Source of the DNA: Spirochaetia bacterium
GTDB lineage: Bacteria > Spirochaetota > Spirochaetia > CADAEX01
Assembly (NCBI GenBank): GCA_017535435.1
Contig: JAFXTY010000050.1
Coordinates: forward strand, 5,211-69,210
Length of the DNA: 64,000 bases
Direction of reading: 5' to 3'
Part shown: in pieces, positions 1 through 8,284 of the stretch
How positions within the stretch are numbered: position 1 is the first letter of the stretch
Layout of the letters: every line of letters starts with the position of its first letter
Made by a program: the position numbers and the translations under genes
The notes under the pieces: model-generated
Database searches by the model: none
What the model saw: only the letters and a program-made list of their open reading frames with translations
Told to the model about the DNA's origin: nothing

Positions 1-36
1 GAACTACTGCTTGCAAACAAGGCAGAAGTCAATACC

Positions 37-549
37 ATGACTTCTTTTGGATGGACCCCTTTCCGCTTTGCCTGCTTTATGTTTCTTGTTGATAAAAAAG
101 AAAGAAAAGAGATCATCAGAATCTTAAAGGAAGCAGGTGCAAGGTCAGATATCAAAGGAGTGCCCTATTTATCTATCTGGGGAAAGATGACTTTCCATGA
201 AAAACTGAATGCATATATCAGCCGGTTCACACACCATGGCTTTTTCAAGGAATCCCTGATTTATAAGCGCTGCAAGATGGATAAGAGGACATTCTCTAAA
301 ATAAAGAACAATAAAAACCCGAACTATCATCCTAAGAAAAACAGTGTCTTGCAGCTGATAATAGGATTGGGACTGAAACTGTTTGAGGCCGAGGATCTTC
401 TGGCTTCCGTGGGTTACTCTTTTATCAAGAATGATGAGTTTGACAACATAATCAAAAAAAATATCAAGGCCAGGAAATATGATATCTCAGATATAGATGA
501 TGAGCTTTATAAGAAGACGGGGAAAACTCTCTGTTTCTATGAAAAATAA
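37..549 (+). CDS. hypothetical protein with C-terminal XRE-like helix-turn-helix segment
   Basis: 170-aa ORF near the window edge. C-terminal stretch KRTFSKIKNNKNPNYHPKKNSVLQLIIGLGLKLFEAEDLL has the spacing of an HTH_XRE recognition region. No other motif recognised. Confidence 0.4.
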   Translation: MTSFGWTPFRFACFMFLVDKKERKEIIRILKEAGARSDIKGVPYLSIWGKMTFHEKLNAYISRFTHHGFFKESLIYKRCKMDKRTFSKIKNNKNPNYHPKKNSVLQLIIGLGLKLFEAEDLLASVGYSFIKNDEFDNIIKKNIKARKYDISDIDDELYKKTGKTLCFYEK

Positions 550-882
550 TTACTGATGGCGTTTTTGGAGGATTGTAATAAGGTGAAGAACCGCCTCTTG
601 GTCGGTTTCGTCCAGGGTTTGAAAGACCTTGAGCAGCTTGCGGTATTTGGGCGGCAGGGAATCAATTAAGGCTTTTGTAGAAGAATCGCCTGTCATCAGG
701 TATTCCACCGAAACCCCAAGGGTTTGGGCAATCTTGACTGCATTATCAGCCGTGGGCAGTGAGTTATGACCGGTCAGGTAGTTTGCCAGCGTATTCCTGC
801 TGATTCCACATTTGACGGCCAGTTCTTTTATCTGTAGACCTTGGTATTCCAGCTCTGATTTTAAATTCTCCTTGAAACTCAT
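550..882 (-). CDS. XRE-family helix-turn-helix transcriptional regulator
   Basis: 110 aa. N-terminal LQIKELAVKCGISRNTLANYLTGHNSLPTADNAVKIAQTLGVSVEYL is a canonical HTH_XRE (Cro/C1) DNA-binding domain. Divergent from the AT-rich secreted-protein block. Confidence 0.75.
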   Translation of the reverse strand: MSFKENLKSELEYQGLQIKELAVKCGISRNTLANYLTGHNSLPTADNAVKIAQTLGVSVEYLMTGDSSTKALIDSLPPKYRKLLKVFQTLDETDQEAVLHLITILQKRHQ

Positions 883-940
883 ATTTATAGAATAATTAAA
901 TTTGGCTTATATGTGATTGATATAAACCTAAAATAATATA

Positions 941-972
941 TAATTGTTTTAAACAATTAAGTTTAATTGTTA
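941..972. promoter_or_regulatory. putative operator in the divergent promoter region: perfect 9-bp inverted repeat taattgttt-t-aaacaatta, plus a third half-site taattgtt about 23 bp downstream
   Basis: Read directly in the 883-996 intergenic region between the XRE regulator gene and the Tyr/Gly-rich protein gene. Coordinates +/-2. Confidence 0.3.
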
Positions 973-996
973 ATACATCGAAGGGAATGTAATTTA

Positions 997-1389
997 ATGG
1001 GTATTAAAAGAATAATCAGTATTATATGTTTGATGCTTGTAACAAGCAGTTTATCTTCCGCTTCTTTAAGCGAGCTTTTTATTATGGCTGAAGATGGGAC
1101 TTTCCTGGGCAACTTTGGAAGCGAGTATGATTCTCAATCTGTATATAACCAATATGGCAATTATGGTTCCCCCTATAGTTCAAAATCAATTATGAATCCT
1201 TATGGAACCTATGGGTCTGATTATTCTCAATATAGTCCTTTCAATGCTTATTCATCACATGGTCCCTGGCTGATGGACAGGAATGGCAATAATTATGGGC
1301 GTTTATCAATAAACAAATATGCCCATGGGGTGACCAATGATAGCTATAGGATTGCTTTGCAATTAAAGGCAATACGGGATTCTTTGTAA
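997..1389 (+). CDS. small secreted Tyr/Gly/Ser/Asn-rich repeat protein
   Basis: Start moved to ATG 997 (MGIKRIISIICLMLVTSSLSSA, a signal-peptide-like N-terminus) with AAGGGA 10 nt upstream. The mature part has degenerate repeats such as YNQYGNYGSPYSS, NPYGTYGSDYSQYS and NGNNYG. AT-rich codon usage. Confidence 0.55.
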   Translation: MGIKRIISIICLMLVTSSLSSASLSELFIMAEDGTFLGNFGSEYDSQSVYNQYGNYGSPYSSKSIMNPYGTYGSDYSQYSPFNAYSSHGPWLMDRNGNNYGRLSINKYAHGVTNDSYRIALQLKAIRDSL

Positions 1390-1408
1390 TAAAATAAGGA
1401 GATAAAAA

Positions 1409-1948
1409 ATGAGTTTAAGTTTTAATGAGATGCAGATTTTAGGATGGCAGATACAAGATGAACTGCGGGCAGAAAGAGCCAGCCGGGAACATATGGCATA
1501 TTTGAAGGCATATAGCGAACAGGCGCAAAGAATTGCCGAAAGCCGTCGGCAGCAGGATCAATTGGATATGCAAAGAGAGGCCCAGGAGCAGAATTTTGCT
1601 TATATGGCTCTTGCTTATGCTCCTCGCAGAACAGCGGAGAAACCAAATAAGGTAATAGTTGTTCCCAGTATTGATGTGGTTGTTGATGATAGACTTCTTG
1701 AATATTTTATGACAAACGATCAAGTTGAATTGGTTTTAAAACTTGATGAACTTGGTTTCCGTCCATGGACTACATCAGATTGGTTCTTGAACCTTGTTCT
1801 TGCACCAACAGTACGCAGTGCAATGGAGCGAAAAGGGGCTTTATTCTCTATATGTTTGGATACCCCGATAATGAATTACTGGAATCCTTCCGTCAGTCCA
1901 GTTCCGTTCTCCTGTTACCTTAATGAATCAATGTTTAAAGAGGAATAA
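1409..1948 (+). CDS. hypothetical protein
   Basis: 179-aa ORF with strong RBS TAAGGAG 8 nt upstream of the ATG. Gln/Arg-rich predicted coiled N-terminus. No family recognised. Confidence 0.5.
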   Translation: MSLSFNEMQILGWQIQDELRAERASREHMAYLKAYSEQAQRIAESRRQQDQLDMQREAQEQNFAYMALAYAPRRTAEKPNKVIVVPSIDVVVDDRLLEYFMTNDQVELVLKLDELGFRPWTTSDWFLNLVLAPTVRSAMERKGALFSICLDTPIMNYWNPSVSPVPFSCYLNESMFKEE

Positions 1949-1956
1949 ATAACACA

Positions 1957-2757
1957 ATGAAACACTCTAACTCTATATTTATTATACTGATTATTTCTCT
2001 CGTCTTATCATTTACAGCCTGCGGTGGTGGCGGGGATGACGAGGAAACAGAAGAAATAATCAATTTATTTGAAAATACAGAGTGGTATTTTTATGATAAT
2101 GACGAAATAGACACTTACAACAGCATAAGAATTTGGTATAACAGAAATGCATATATTCCATTTTCTTATTTAAGTTCTAATTACATATTTAGCCTTGTCG
2201 GCAATAGAGATGTTTATTATGAGCTGGAATCGTATGGCTCCGGTCCGGAAATGCATTTTTCAGTGGATGGCTTAGTTGTCAACAATTATGTAACCACCAT
2301 CAGTGGTGAATTATCCAGAAATAGATGGGATGCTGAAAATCATATTGCCTCTGCTGACTATTCCTATATTTATGCAAACTTGATGGTAGAAGCAGAAAAT
2401 GCTGAAACATATACAGGGATTATCCAAAATTGTGTAAAGAAGGGAGGGCATATTTCTAATCCTTTTATTGGCACTTCGTGGGAAACTGGTGGTGGAGACA
2501 CATTATATTTCAGAGATGATAAAGTATGTTTGGTTTCAGGTACAGAATATGAGTATCTGCTTACAATGGTTCCGACAGAAGATAATCAAGCAACACTCTT
2601 TTTAATCAGAAATAAAGATTATGGATCTGCCAGCATCTGGAATGGTTTTCAATATGTTCCAGTTGATAGTTTTTCAATAAAAGGCAAATATTCTGACTTT
2701 AATAATCTTTTGCAACTAACAGAAGAAATCACAGCCAATGTTTTTGATAGGAATTAG
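1957..2757 (+). CDS. putative lipoprotein
   Basis: 266 aa. Signal peptide plus lipobox LSFTAC followed by GGGGDDEETEE. AT-rich. No family recognised. Confidence 0.55.
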   Translation: MKHSNSIFIILIISLVLSFTACGGGGDDEETEEIINLFENTEWYFYDNDEIDTYNSIRIWYNRNAYIPFSYLSSNYIFSLVGNRDVYYELESYGSGPEMHFSVDGLVVNNYVTTISGELSRNRWDAENHIASADYSYIYANLMVEAENAETYTGIIQNCVKKGGHISNPFIGTSWETGGGDTLYFRDDKVCLVSGTEYEYLLTMVPTEDNQATLFLIRNKDYGSASIWNGFQYVPVDSFSIKGKYSDFNNLLQLTEEITANVFDRN

Positions 2758-2759
2758 AA

Positions 2760-3722
2760 ATGATTAATGTTAAACCCACCAAGTGCGTTTTATTGCTTTT
2801 CCTCCTCCTTCTCTCCCTCTTTTCCTGCAAAGCAGAGAACAAAATCCAGACTATTGCACAGCAGGTGTCGGAAGAAATCATGGAGCAGTATGAGCCGCTG
2901 GAAGGCGTGATGACACTGGTGGCAGATGCAAAGACTGGCGAGGTCATTGCCAGCGTGGACTTGGGCGGGACAGGCGATAATAGGTCAGAAACTTATACCT
3001 ATGAGCCAGGCTCGGTATTCAAGATTTTCAGCATAAGCTCAGCAATGTTCCTGCCAAATGGAATAACATCTGATTCCAAATTCAATTGCGAGGGTTTTTA
3101 TGACAAAGTAAAGGGCAATCCGATCAAATGTATAAAAGTCCATGGAGAAATTGATACTGGTGACATAATCAAATATTCATGTTACTCTGGCACTTGCTCT
3201 GCAGTAGAGACGGTCACAGACAAAGAATTACACTTTATGCTGAGCCAGTTTGGTTTTAGGGTACTGCCGCCTGAAGAATGGTCTGAGCGCTCGAAATATA
3301 CTGTTGCCCTTGGGCAAGGTATTGCTGTTACTGTCAAGCAGATGGTCAAAGCAGCTACTGTCTTTGCAAATCATGGAATGCTGGGTGCTGGCGAGATGGA
3401 GGTGGTTTCGCCAAAGGTTGCTGATGATATGCTGCTTATGATGGAAAAAGCAACTCAGCCGGATGGTATTGCCAGGCTGCATGGAGTAAAAGATTGCCGT
3501 GTTGCAATTGTGCCTGGAACCGCCCAGTGGTATGACCCAGAAACAAAAACCTACTCCGACAACAAGTTTGTTGCCTCTGCTTTGGCCATATTCCCCGTCG
3601 AAGAACCCAGATACATAGTCTATAACGTAGTTCTGCATCCCTCAAAGGGTGGAATAACCACTGGTACTGGTATCTGTGTTCCTGCCGTTGGAAAGATTAT
3701 AAATGAAGTAATAAGGAAATAA
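2760..3722 (+). CDS. lipoprotein with penicillin-binding-protein transpeptidase-like domain, truncated and degenerate
   Basis: Lipobox LFSC. The segment MTLVADAKTGEVIASVD...YEPGSVFKIF matches the class B PBP TGEI...EPGSxFK (SxxK) region. There is no N-terminal dimerisation domain and no clean SxN or KTG boxes (VPGTAQ in place of KTGT). Only 320 aa. Confidence 0.6.
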   Translation: MINVKPTKCVLLLFLLLLSLFSCKAENKIQTIAQQVSEEIMEQYEPLEGVMTLVADAKTGEVIASVDLGGTGDNRSETYTYEPGSVFKIFSISSAMFLPNGITSDSKFNCEGFYDKVKGNPIKCIKVHGEIDTGDIIKYSCYSGTCSAVETVTDKELHFMLSQFGFRVLPPEEWSERSKYTVALGQGIAVTVKQMVKAATVFANHGMLGAGEMEVVSPKVADDMLLMMEKATQPDGIARLHGVKDCRVAIVPGTAQWYDPETKTYSDNKFVASALAIFPVEEPRYIVYNVVLHPSKGGITTGTGICVPAVGKIINEVIRK

Positions 3723-3744
3723 GAATAATCGTTCTTGTTGTTTC

Positions 3745-4017
3745 TCAGTACAAATCGCTGTGCGTTCCAGTACGGAAGAGGTATAGCTCTAAATCTTTGT
3801 CATCTATTGAATAGATAAGCAACCAATCCGGTTGGATGTGGCATTCTCTAAAATCTTTGTAGTTCCCGAAAAGGGGATGATCATGGTATTTTTCTGGAAG
3901 CTTCTCTTGGTTTGCGAGTTTTGTGACAACCTCATCAAGCAGCTCGATTTTAAATCCGCGCTTAATGGCCAGTCTTAAGTCTTTGACAAATCTATTTGCC
4001 CGGATTATATTCAACAT
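3745..4017 (-). CDS. yafQ: type II toxin, YafQ/RelE family mRNA interferase
   Basis: 90 aa. ...DHPLFGNYKDFRECHIQPDWLLIYSIDDKDLELYLFRTGTHSDLY matches the YafQ C-terminal catalytic region. Overlaps the upstream antitoxin gene by 26 nt. Confidence 0.8.
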   Translation of the reverse strand: MLNIIRANRFVKDLRLAIKRGFKIELLDEVVTKLANQEKLPEKYHDHPLFGNYKDFRECHIQPDWLLIYSIDDKDLELYLFRTGTHSDLY

Positions 4018-4294
4018 GGTCTTCGCAAGCCTCTTTCATAATGTCGCTGAAGGAGTTATAGCGTTTATAGGCGAACTTATCTGTTTTCATCCTACTGTAT
4101 TCATTCAGTGCTTCTATAGTCTCCTTGTTGGGGATGTCCCGACGAATTTCAAAAGGAATACGCTGCTCCCGCACTGCCTGTTTGAGGAACAAAGTTATTG
4201 CAGAAGATAAATCCAGTCCTAAATCGGCCATAAGCTCCTGTGCCTGCGCCTTTAACTCGCTGTCTAAACTGATATTTGTACAAACTTTACTCAT
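3992..4294 (-). CDS. dinJ: type II antitoxin, DinJ/RelB family
   Basis: 100 aa. N-terminal ISLDSELKAQAQELMADLGLDLSSAITLFLKQAV is a RelB/DinJ ribbon-helix-helix fold. Immediately upstream of yafQ. Confidence 0.8.
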   Translation of the reverse strand: MSKVCTNISLDSELKAQAQELMADLGLDLSSAITLFLKQAVREQRIPFEIRRDIPNKETIEALNEYSRMKTDKFAYKRYNSFSDIMKEACEDHVEYNPGK

Positions 4295-4334
4295 ATTACC
4301 ACCATATTAAGTATATAATATGTGTGTAATGTGG

Positions 4335-5300
4335 TCAAGCTCTTCCTTTCTTCACCATAACCTCGTAGAGGAATACGGGGAACAGGGTCTCCTGCACCTC
4401 GGTGCGGACACTTCGGAAAAGCTTGTCGTATCGGGCGCAGGTGGCCATTATTTTTTCCAGGTCAGCAGTGGTGTACCGCTGGGCACCTGCGGTATGGGTG
4501 GTCTGACCACGCTTTGTGGTGACACCGTTCTTAAGGCAGGCTTCGTAGGAGCCAACACCCTGGTCCATCATGGTGCGCACGCCCAGCATACGCCGCAGCT
4601 GCCATATAAGGCCGCCCAACAGCTGTATGGGGGCTCCGTCCGATGACATCATCAGGTTCTTTGCAATCTCGGTAGCCTTCTCCAGGGTGCCCACCAATAG
4701 CTGGTCATAGAGAGTGAATACGTTCTCCTCTTTGCCGTTGAAGAGCATCTCCTCAATCGCTTCCAGGGTTATGGGCTCCTTGCTGTCGAAGAACAGAGCC
4801 AGCTTGTCGCACTCGTTCTTAACAGAAAGTGTATTGGCATCGCAGTTTCCCGCTATGAATGCAGCAGCATCGGAATCGATGGGAGTTCCCAGCCTGCGGA
4901 AATAGTTCTGGATATAGCTCCGCATCTGGGGCTCCTTAAGTTCCCAGAACACCTTCTCTTCCCCCACCGCCTTCTTAAGCTTTGCATCCACCTTCATGCC
5001 GCTGTCGGTAAAGATAAGCACAGCATCCTCGGAGGGCTTCTTCAGGTACTGCAGGAACAGGTCTATATCCTTCTTCTTGAGCTCTGCAGTATCATTAATG
5101 AATATAAGTTTGAAACTTGAGAACATAGAGAGGCTTTCCGCTGTCCCTATCACGTCATTCATATTGGAATCGTATGGATAGAAGGTGTACTCCTCGATCT
5201 CATCACCATACTGTTTCTTGATTTCTGTGCGGATTGAATCTATGTATGCTTTTTTCTCCCCCAGCTCCGGGCCGGTAAGGAGATAGCTGGGTTTAATCAT
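4335..5300 (-). CDS. holA: DNA polymerase III delta subunit
   Basis: 321 aa. Length and N-terminal YLLTGPE...K. pattern fit HolA. Placement is typical next to housekeeping genes. Confidence 0.65.
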   Translation of the reverse strand: MIKPSYLLTGPELGEKKAYIDSIRTEIKKQYGDEIEEYTFYPYDSNMNDVIGTAESLSMFSSFKLIFINDTAELKKKDIDLFLQYLKKPSEDAVLIFTDSGMKVDAKLKKAVGEEKVFWELKEPQMRSYIQNYFRRLGTPIDSDAAAFIAGNCDANTLSVKNECDKLALFFDSKEPITLEAIEEMLFNGKEENVFTLYDQLLVGTLEKATEIAKNLMMSSDGAPIQLLGGLIWQLRRMLGVRTMMDQGVGSYEACLKNGVTTKRGQTTHTAGAQRYTTADLEKIMATCARYDKLFRSVRTEVQETLFPVFLYEVMVKKGRA

Positions 5301-5563
5301 TCTTCTTCAAACTTGTTCTCGAAGATCTTGCTGATTGCTTCTACAGCTTCGGCCTCGTCGGCTCCGTCGGCCTTGAGGGTAAGGACAGTCTGATATGTGG
5401 CGGCAAGGGTAATTATGCCCATAATGGACTTTGCATTGATCTCATCGTCATCCTTTGACAGTGTGATGTCGGACTTGAACTTGTTGGCAACTTTGACAAT
5501 CATTGCAGCAGGTCTTGCGTGGATTCCCGCCCTGTTCCCAATTACGACTTGTTTACTGATCAT
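5297..5563 (-). CDS. ptsH: phosphocarrier protein HPr
   Basis: 88 aa. GIHARPA (His15 region) and KSIMGI (Ser46 region) motifs. Confidence 0.9.
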   Translation of the reverse strand: MISKQVVIGNRAGIHARPAAMIVKVANKFKSDITLSKDDDEINAKSIMGIITLAATYQTVLTLKADGADEAEAVEAISKIFENKFEEE

Positions 5564-5565
5564 AT

Positions 5566-6561
5566 TTATTCCTCGCCGAATTTATGTTCATTGTTGTAAA
5601 ATGAGGAGATATTCTTGGCCTCGAGCCACTGAATAGTCCTCCGGTTGAATTCCTTTGCCGAGAAGTAGCCCATGCTCTTGAGCCTTTCGTTCATGGCGCC
5701 GGTCTCAATTATGATAGGAATATTCCGTCCAGGCTTCACTGGGATGGTGAGGGATGGAATCTGCACTCCCAGAATCTCGGTGGTGTTCTCGTCGGTTCCA
5801 AGCCTGTTGTACTCTTTCTCGTTGTCCCATTCCTCCAGGTTAACCACCAGCTGTATCTCCTTCTGGTCCCGGACTGCTCCGATTCCATAAAGATGTGATA
5901 TGTTGATGATTCCCAGCCCCCTGATCTCCATGTGATGGGCCAGCTGCTGGTTGCCGCCCCGGCCTACCAGGCTGTTGCCATAGAGGTTCCTGATTTCCAC
6001 CACATCATCGGCAATAAGGCGGTGGCCCCGCTCTATAAGCTCCAGGGCAGTCTCACTCTTTCCTACACCGCTCTTTCCCTGGATAAGGATTCCCATTCCG
6101 TATACCTCCACCAGGTCGCCGTAAATAAGCTGTTTGGGTGCGAATACAGAGCCCAGGATACGGGAAAGGCGCCGGGTGAGCTCGGTGGTGGAAAGGGGGG
6201 TGACCAGCAGCGGGCAGTTGGCCTTGGATGCTATTGCCTTGATTTTCTCGCCAGGCTGAAGGCCGGTGGAGAAGATGCAGCATGGTATCTGGTATGAGAA
6301 GAATTTTTCTATGTTCTGGAAATCGAAGTTCTGCTCTTTCTCCATCTTCTCGATGAAGTTGGATTCTCTGATTCCGAAGATCTGGATACGCTGATAAGTG
6401 AAGTTGTCGAAGAAACCTATGAGGGCCAGACCGGGGCGGTCGAGAAAGGACATAGTTATCTCGTTCCCCAGCCCCTGGCGGCCTGCAACGCATTTCAGCG
6501 ACAGAGCATCATTTTCTTTCAGGTCCAGATCAAGGAGATCCAGGACTGTAAAATTCTTCAT
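5566..6561 (-). CDS. hprK: HPr kinase/phosphorylase
   Basis: 331 aa. Walker A GKSGVGKSETALELIERGHRLIADD and the C-terminal HprK signature. Directly upstream of ptsH. Confidence 0.9.
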   Translation of the reverse strand: MKNFTVLDLLDLDLKENDALSLKCVAGRQGLGNEITMSFLDRPGLALIGFFDNFTYQRIQIFGIRESNFIEKMEKEQNFDFQNIEKFFSYQIPCCIFSTGLQPGEKIKAIASKANCPLLVTPLSTTELTRRLSRILGSVFAPKQLIYGDLVEVYGMGILIQGKSGVGKSETALELIERGHRLIADDVVEIRNLYGNSLVGRGGNQQLAHHMEIRGLGIINISHLYGIGAVRDQKEIQLVVNLEEWDNEKEYNRLGTDENTTEILGVQIPSLTIPVKPGRNIPIIIETGAMNERLKSMGYFSAKEFNRRTIQWLEAKNISSFYNNEHKFGEE

Positions 6562-6609
6562 ACCATAACTATTTTATACTATGTAAGCACAAAAGGGAAG
6601 TGTGGAAAA

Positions 6610-6906
6610 TCAGTTGGATTTTTCCTGCATCTTCTCTTTTTCTTTCACAATCTTGGTCTTAACTTTTTCTGTAAGCTGGTCTATTGCATCATAGAGATCT
6701 CCGTTTGTGGTCTCGATATAGGCATCACCGCCCCATTTGAATGCGAAGTTGCTCTTCAGGGTGTACATGCCGTTTGCCCGCTCAACAGTGATCTCCAGGA
6801 ATGTCAGTGTGTCCTCTGCTGTTGCAAGACGCTTGAACTTCTTCTCAATCTGTTCCTTGGTCTTGTCAGAAACTTCATAATGGATTCCTCTGATTTCAAA
6901 ATTCAT
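6610..6906 (-). CDS. hpf: ribosome hibernation promoting factor (short HPF/RaiA form)
   Basis: 98 aa. Sigma-54-modulation-protein fold (MNFEIRG.HYEV...). Downstream of rpoN as in many bacteria. Confidence 0.85.
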   Translation of the reverse strand: MNFEIRGIHYEVSDKTKEQIEKKFKRLATAEDTLTFLEITVERANGMYTLKSNFAFKWGGDAYIETTNGDLYDAIDQLTEKVKTKIVKEKEKMQEKSN

Positions 6907-7069
6907 ACTTGCCTCCTGATTATTGATTTATATTTTGAAACTGTACGTCTGGCCATGTCGATTCCTCTCTCCTTGAGTATATCAGATATCTGCTGGTCGG
7001 AGAGATGTTTATCTTTGTTTGTCTCTAGAATTTCTTTTATGATTTCCAGCACGCTTTCCCCTGGGATGG
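6903..7069 (-). other. rpoN: C-terminal part of rpoN (HTH plus RpoN box) encoded in an alternate frame
   Basis: Frame B reads ...GESVLEIIKEILETNKDKHLSDQQISDILKERGIDMARRTVSKYKS, i.e. the sigma-54 C-terminal HTH and the RpoN-box ARRTVxKYR. It lies out of frame with the upstream 386-aa ORF. Confidence 0.7.
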
Positions 7070-8197
7070 GAAGAAGTAGCTGAAGGGGTAGAATCCCCAG
7101 TCGGTCTGAACATATTTGGAGTTTGCAATCCGCGATACTGTGGATTCGTTCCGCTTGATGATCTTTGCAAATTCCCGCTGTGTAAGGGGCTTTAGATACT
7201 TTGGCCCCTTGAGGAAGAAATCCCTCTGGCATTTTATGATTGCTTCTGCGGCTTTCTCCAGGGTATCTTTGCGCATCTCCAGTATATTGATGAAGTTATG
7301 GGCATCCTGCACCTTATCGTGAACAAACTCCTTTGCCTCTGGGTCTGCATCGGGGGCTTCATCCAGCTCGCTGAAGCTCTGGCTCACCTGCAGCTCCGGG
7401 ACTGCCAGGTCGTTCATATAGACAGAGAGCTCTCCATCCTTTGCTGTTATGGTGAGGGACGGGATCACAGACTGGTCGGGCTGAGTTGTGAAGGTTCTGC
7501 CAGGGAAAGGATTCAGGGTCTTGATGAAATCCCGGATTTCCAGCACCTGTTTCTCGGTTTTTTTCAAGGCTGCGGCGATAGTTTTATACTGCCCTTTCTC
7601 AAGCTCTTCCAGATATTCTTTTATTACCTCCCTGGTGCCATCAGGTTCGTCATCGCAGAGGGAGGCCTGGACTGCAAGGGATTCTTTATAATTGGAGACA
7701 CAGGTTCCCTGGGGATCCAGCATCTGCACCAGCTTGACCGCTTTGTCCAGGGTTTCCTCCTCCGCCTCGGGTACAGCCTCCTGGGGAGAAAACAGGAGAA
7801 AGCCATCATCGTTCAAATTTTGAACAAGTATTTCTGCGGCTTCTATAATTGCTTTGTCAATGTTTTTCTGCATTCCCAGCTGAATAAGCAGGTGATCCTG
7901 CAGGGATTCTTTCTGTGTAAGGGTGTTTTCGAGGAACTGCTGCTTCCGGTCGGCTTTATCCTCGTCCCAGTCGGTGGGGGTATCATCCTTCGGCCTGGAT
8001 TTCTCCAGGGAGCTGAGCAGGACTTCTGGGCTGTTTGCCTCTTCCAGGGCGGGGTTCTCTTCCAGCTTTTTCTTGATTTCCTCCCGAAGGTCAAGGACAG
8101 GCATTTCAAGGAGACGCATCATCATCCGCATCTGAGGGGCAATAATTTGTTTCTGGGTCTGTTCGGTAGCCAGATTGTTTGAAAGCATCGCCTGCAT
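7037..8197 (-). CDS. rpoN: RNA polymerase sigma-54 factor, N-terminal about 85 percent, frame-shifted
   Basis: 386 aa. Gln/Leu-rich activator-interacting region I, the core-binding region, and the C-terminus ...NESTVSRIANSKYVQTDWGFYPFSYFFPSQ. This is followed by a premature stop. Restoring one C in the C4 run at about 7058-7061 joins it to the RpoN-box segment. Confidence 0.8.
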   Translation of the reverse strand: MQAMLSNNLATEQTQKQIIAPQMRMMMRLLEMPVLDLREEIKKKLEENPALEEANSPEVLLSSLEKSRPKDDTPTDWDEDKADRKQQFLENTLTQKESLQDHLLIQLGMQKNIDKAIIEAAEILVQNLNDDGFLLFSPQEAVPEAEEETLDKAVKLVQMLDPQGTCVSNYKESLAVQASLCDDEPDGTREVIKEYLEELEKGQYKTIAAALKKTEKQVLEIRDFIKTLNPFPGRTFTTQPDQSVIPSLTITAKDGELSVYMNDLAVPELQVSQSFSELDEAPDADPEAKEFVHDKVQDAHNFINILEMRKDTLEKAAEAIIKCQRDFFLKGPKYLKPLTQREFAKIIKRNESTVSRIANSKYVQTDWGFYPFSYFFPSQGKACWKS

Positions 8198-8284
8198 ATC
8201 TATATTATACCCTAAAAAACAGAATTTGGCAAAAAAGTTTCTGCTATTGCGAAAAAGCTATAATCAATATATAATTATATAATT

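Noticed and set aside
7070-7232. Upstream part of the 109-aa ORF 6903-7232
   Set aside because: Only the portion downstream of the frameshift point encodes sigma-54 sequence. The upstream 50 codons are an out-of-frame shadow of rpoN.
7298-8182. 294-aa plus-strand ORF, and many similar track ORFs (e.g. 3923-4210, 4320-4646, 8693-9406, 11156-11821, 13071-13838, 15419-15937, 16235-16810, 18709-19518, 21198-21707, 25214-25756, 37321-38184, 43684-44907, 50869-51708, 52156-52686)
   Set aside because: They lie antisense or out of frame inside genes with strong family signatures. They have no RBS and show low-complexity or repetitive residue content typical of shadow ORFs.
8198-8284. Possible sigma-54 promoter ttggcaaaaaagtttctgc upstream of thyA
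   Set aside because: The GG-to-GC spacing is about 14 nt instead of the required 10-11. It is more likely an AT-rich sigma-70 promoter with the tataat at about 8256.
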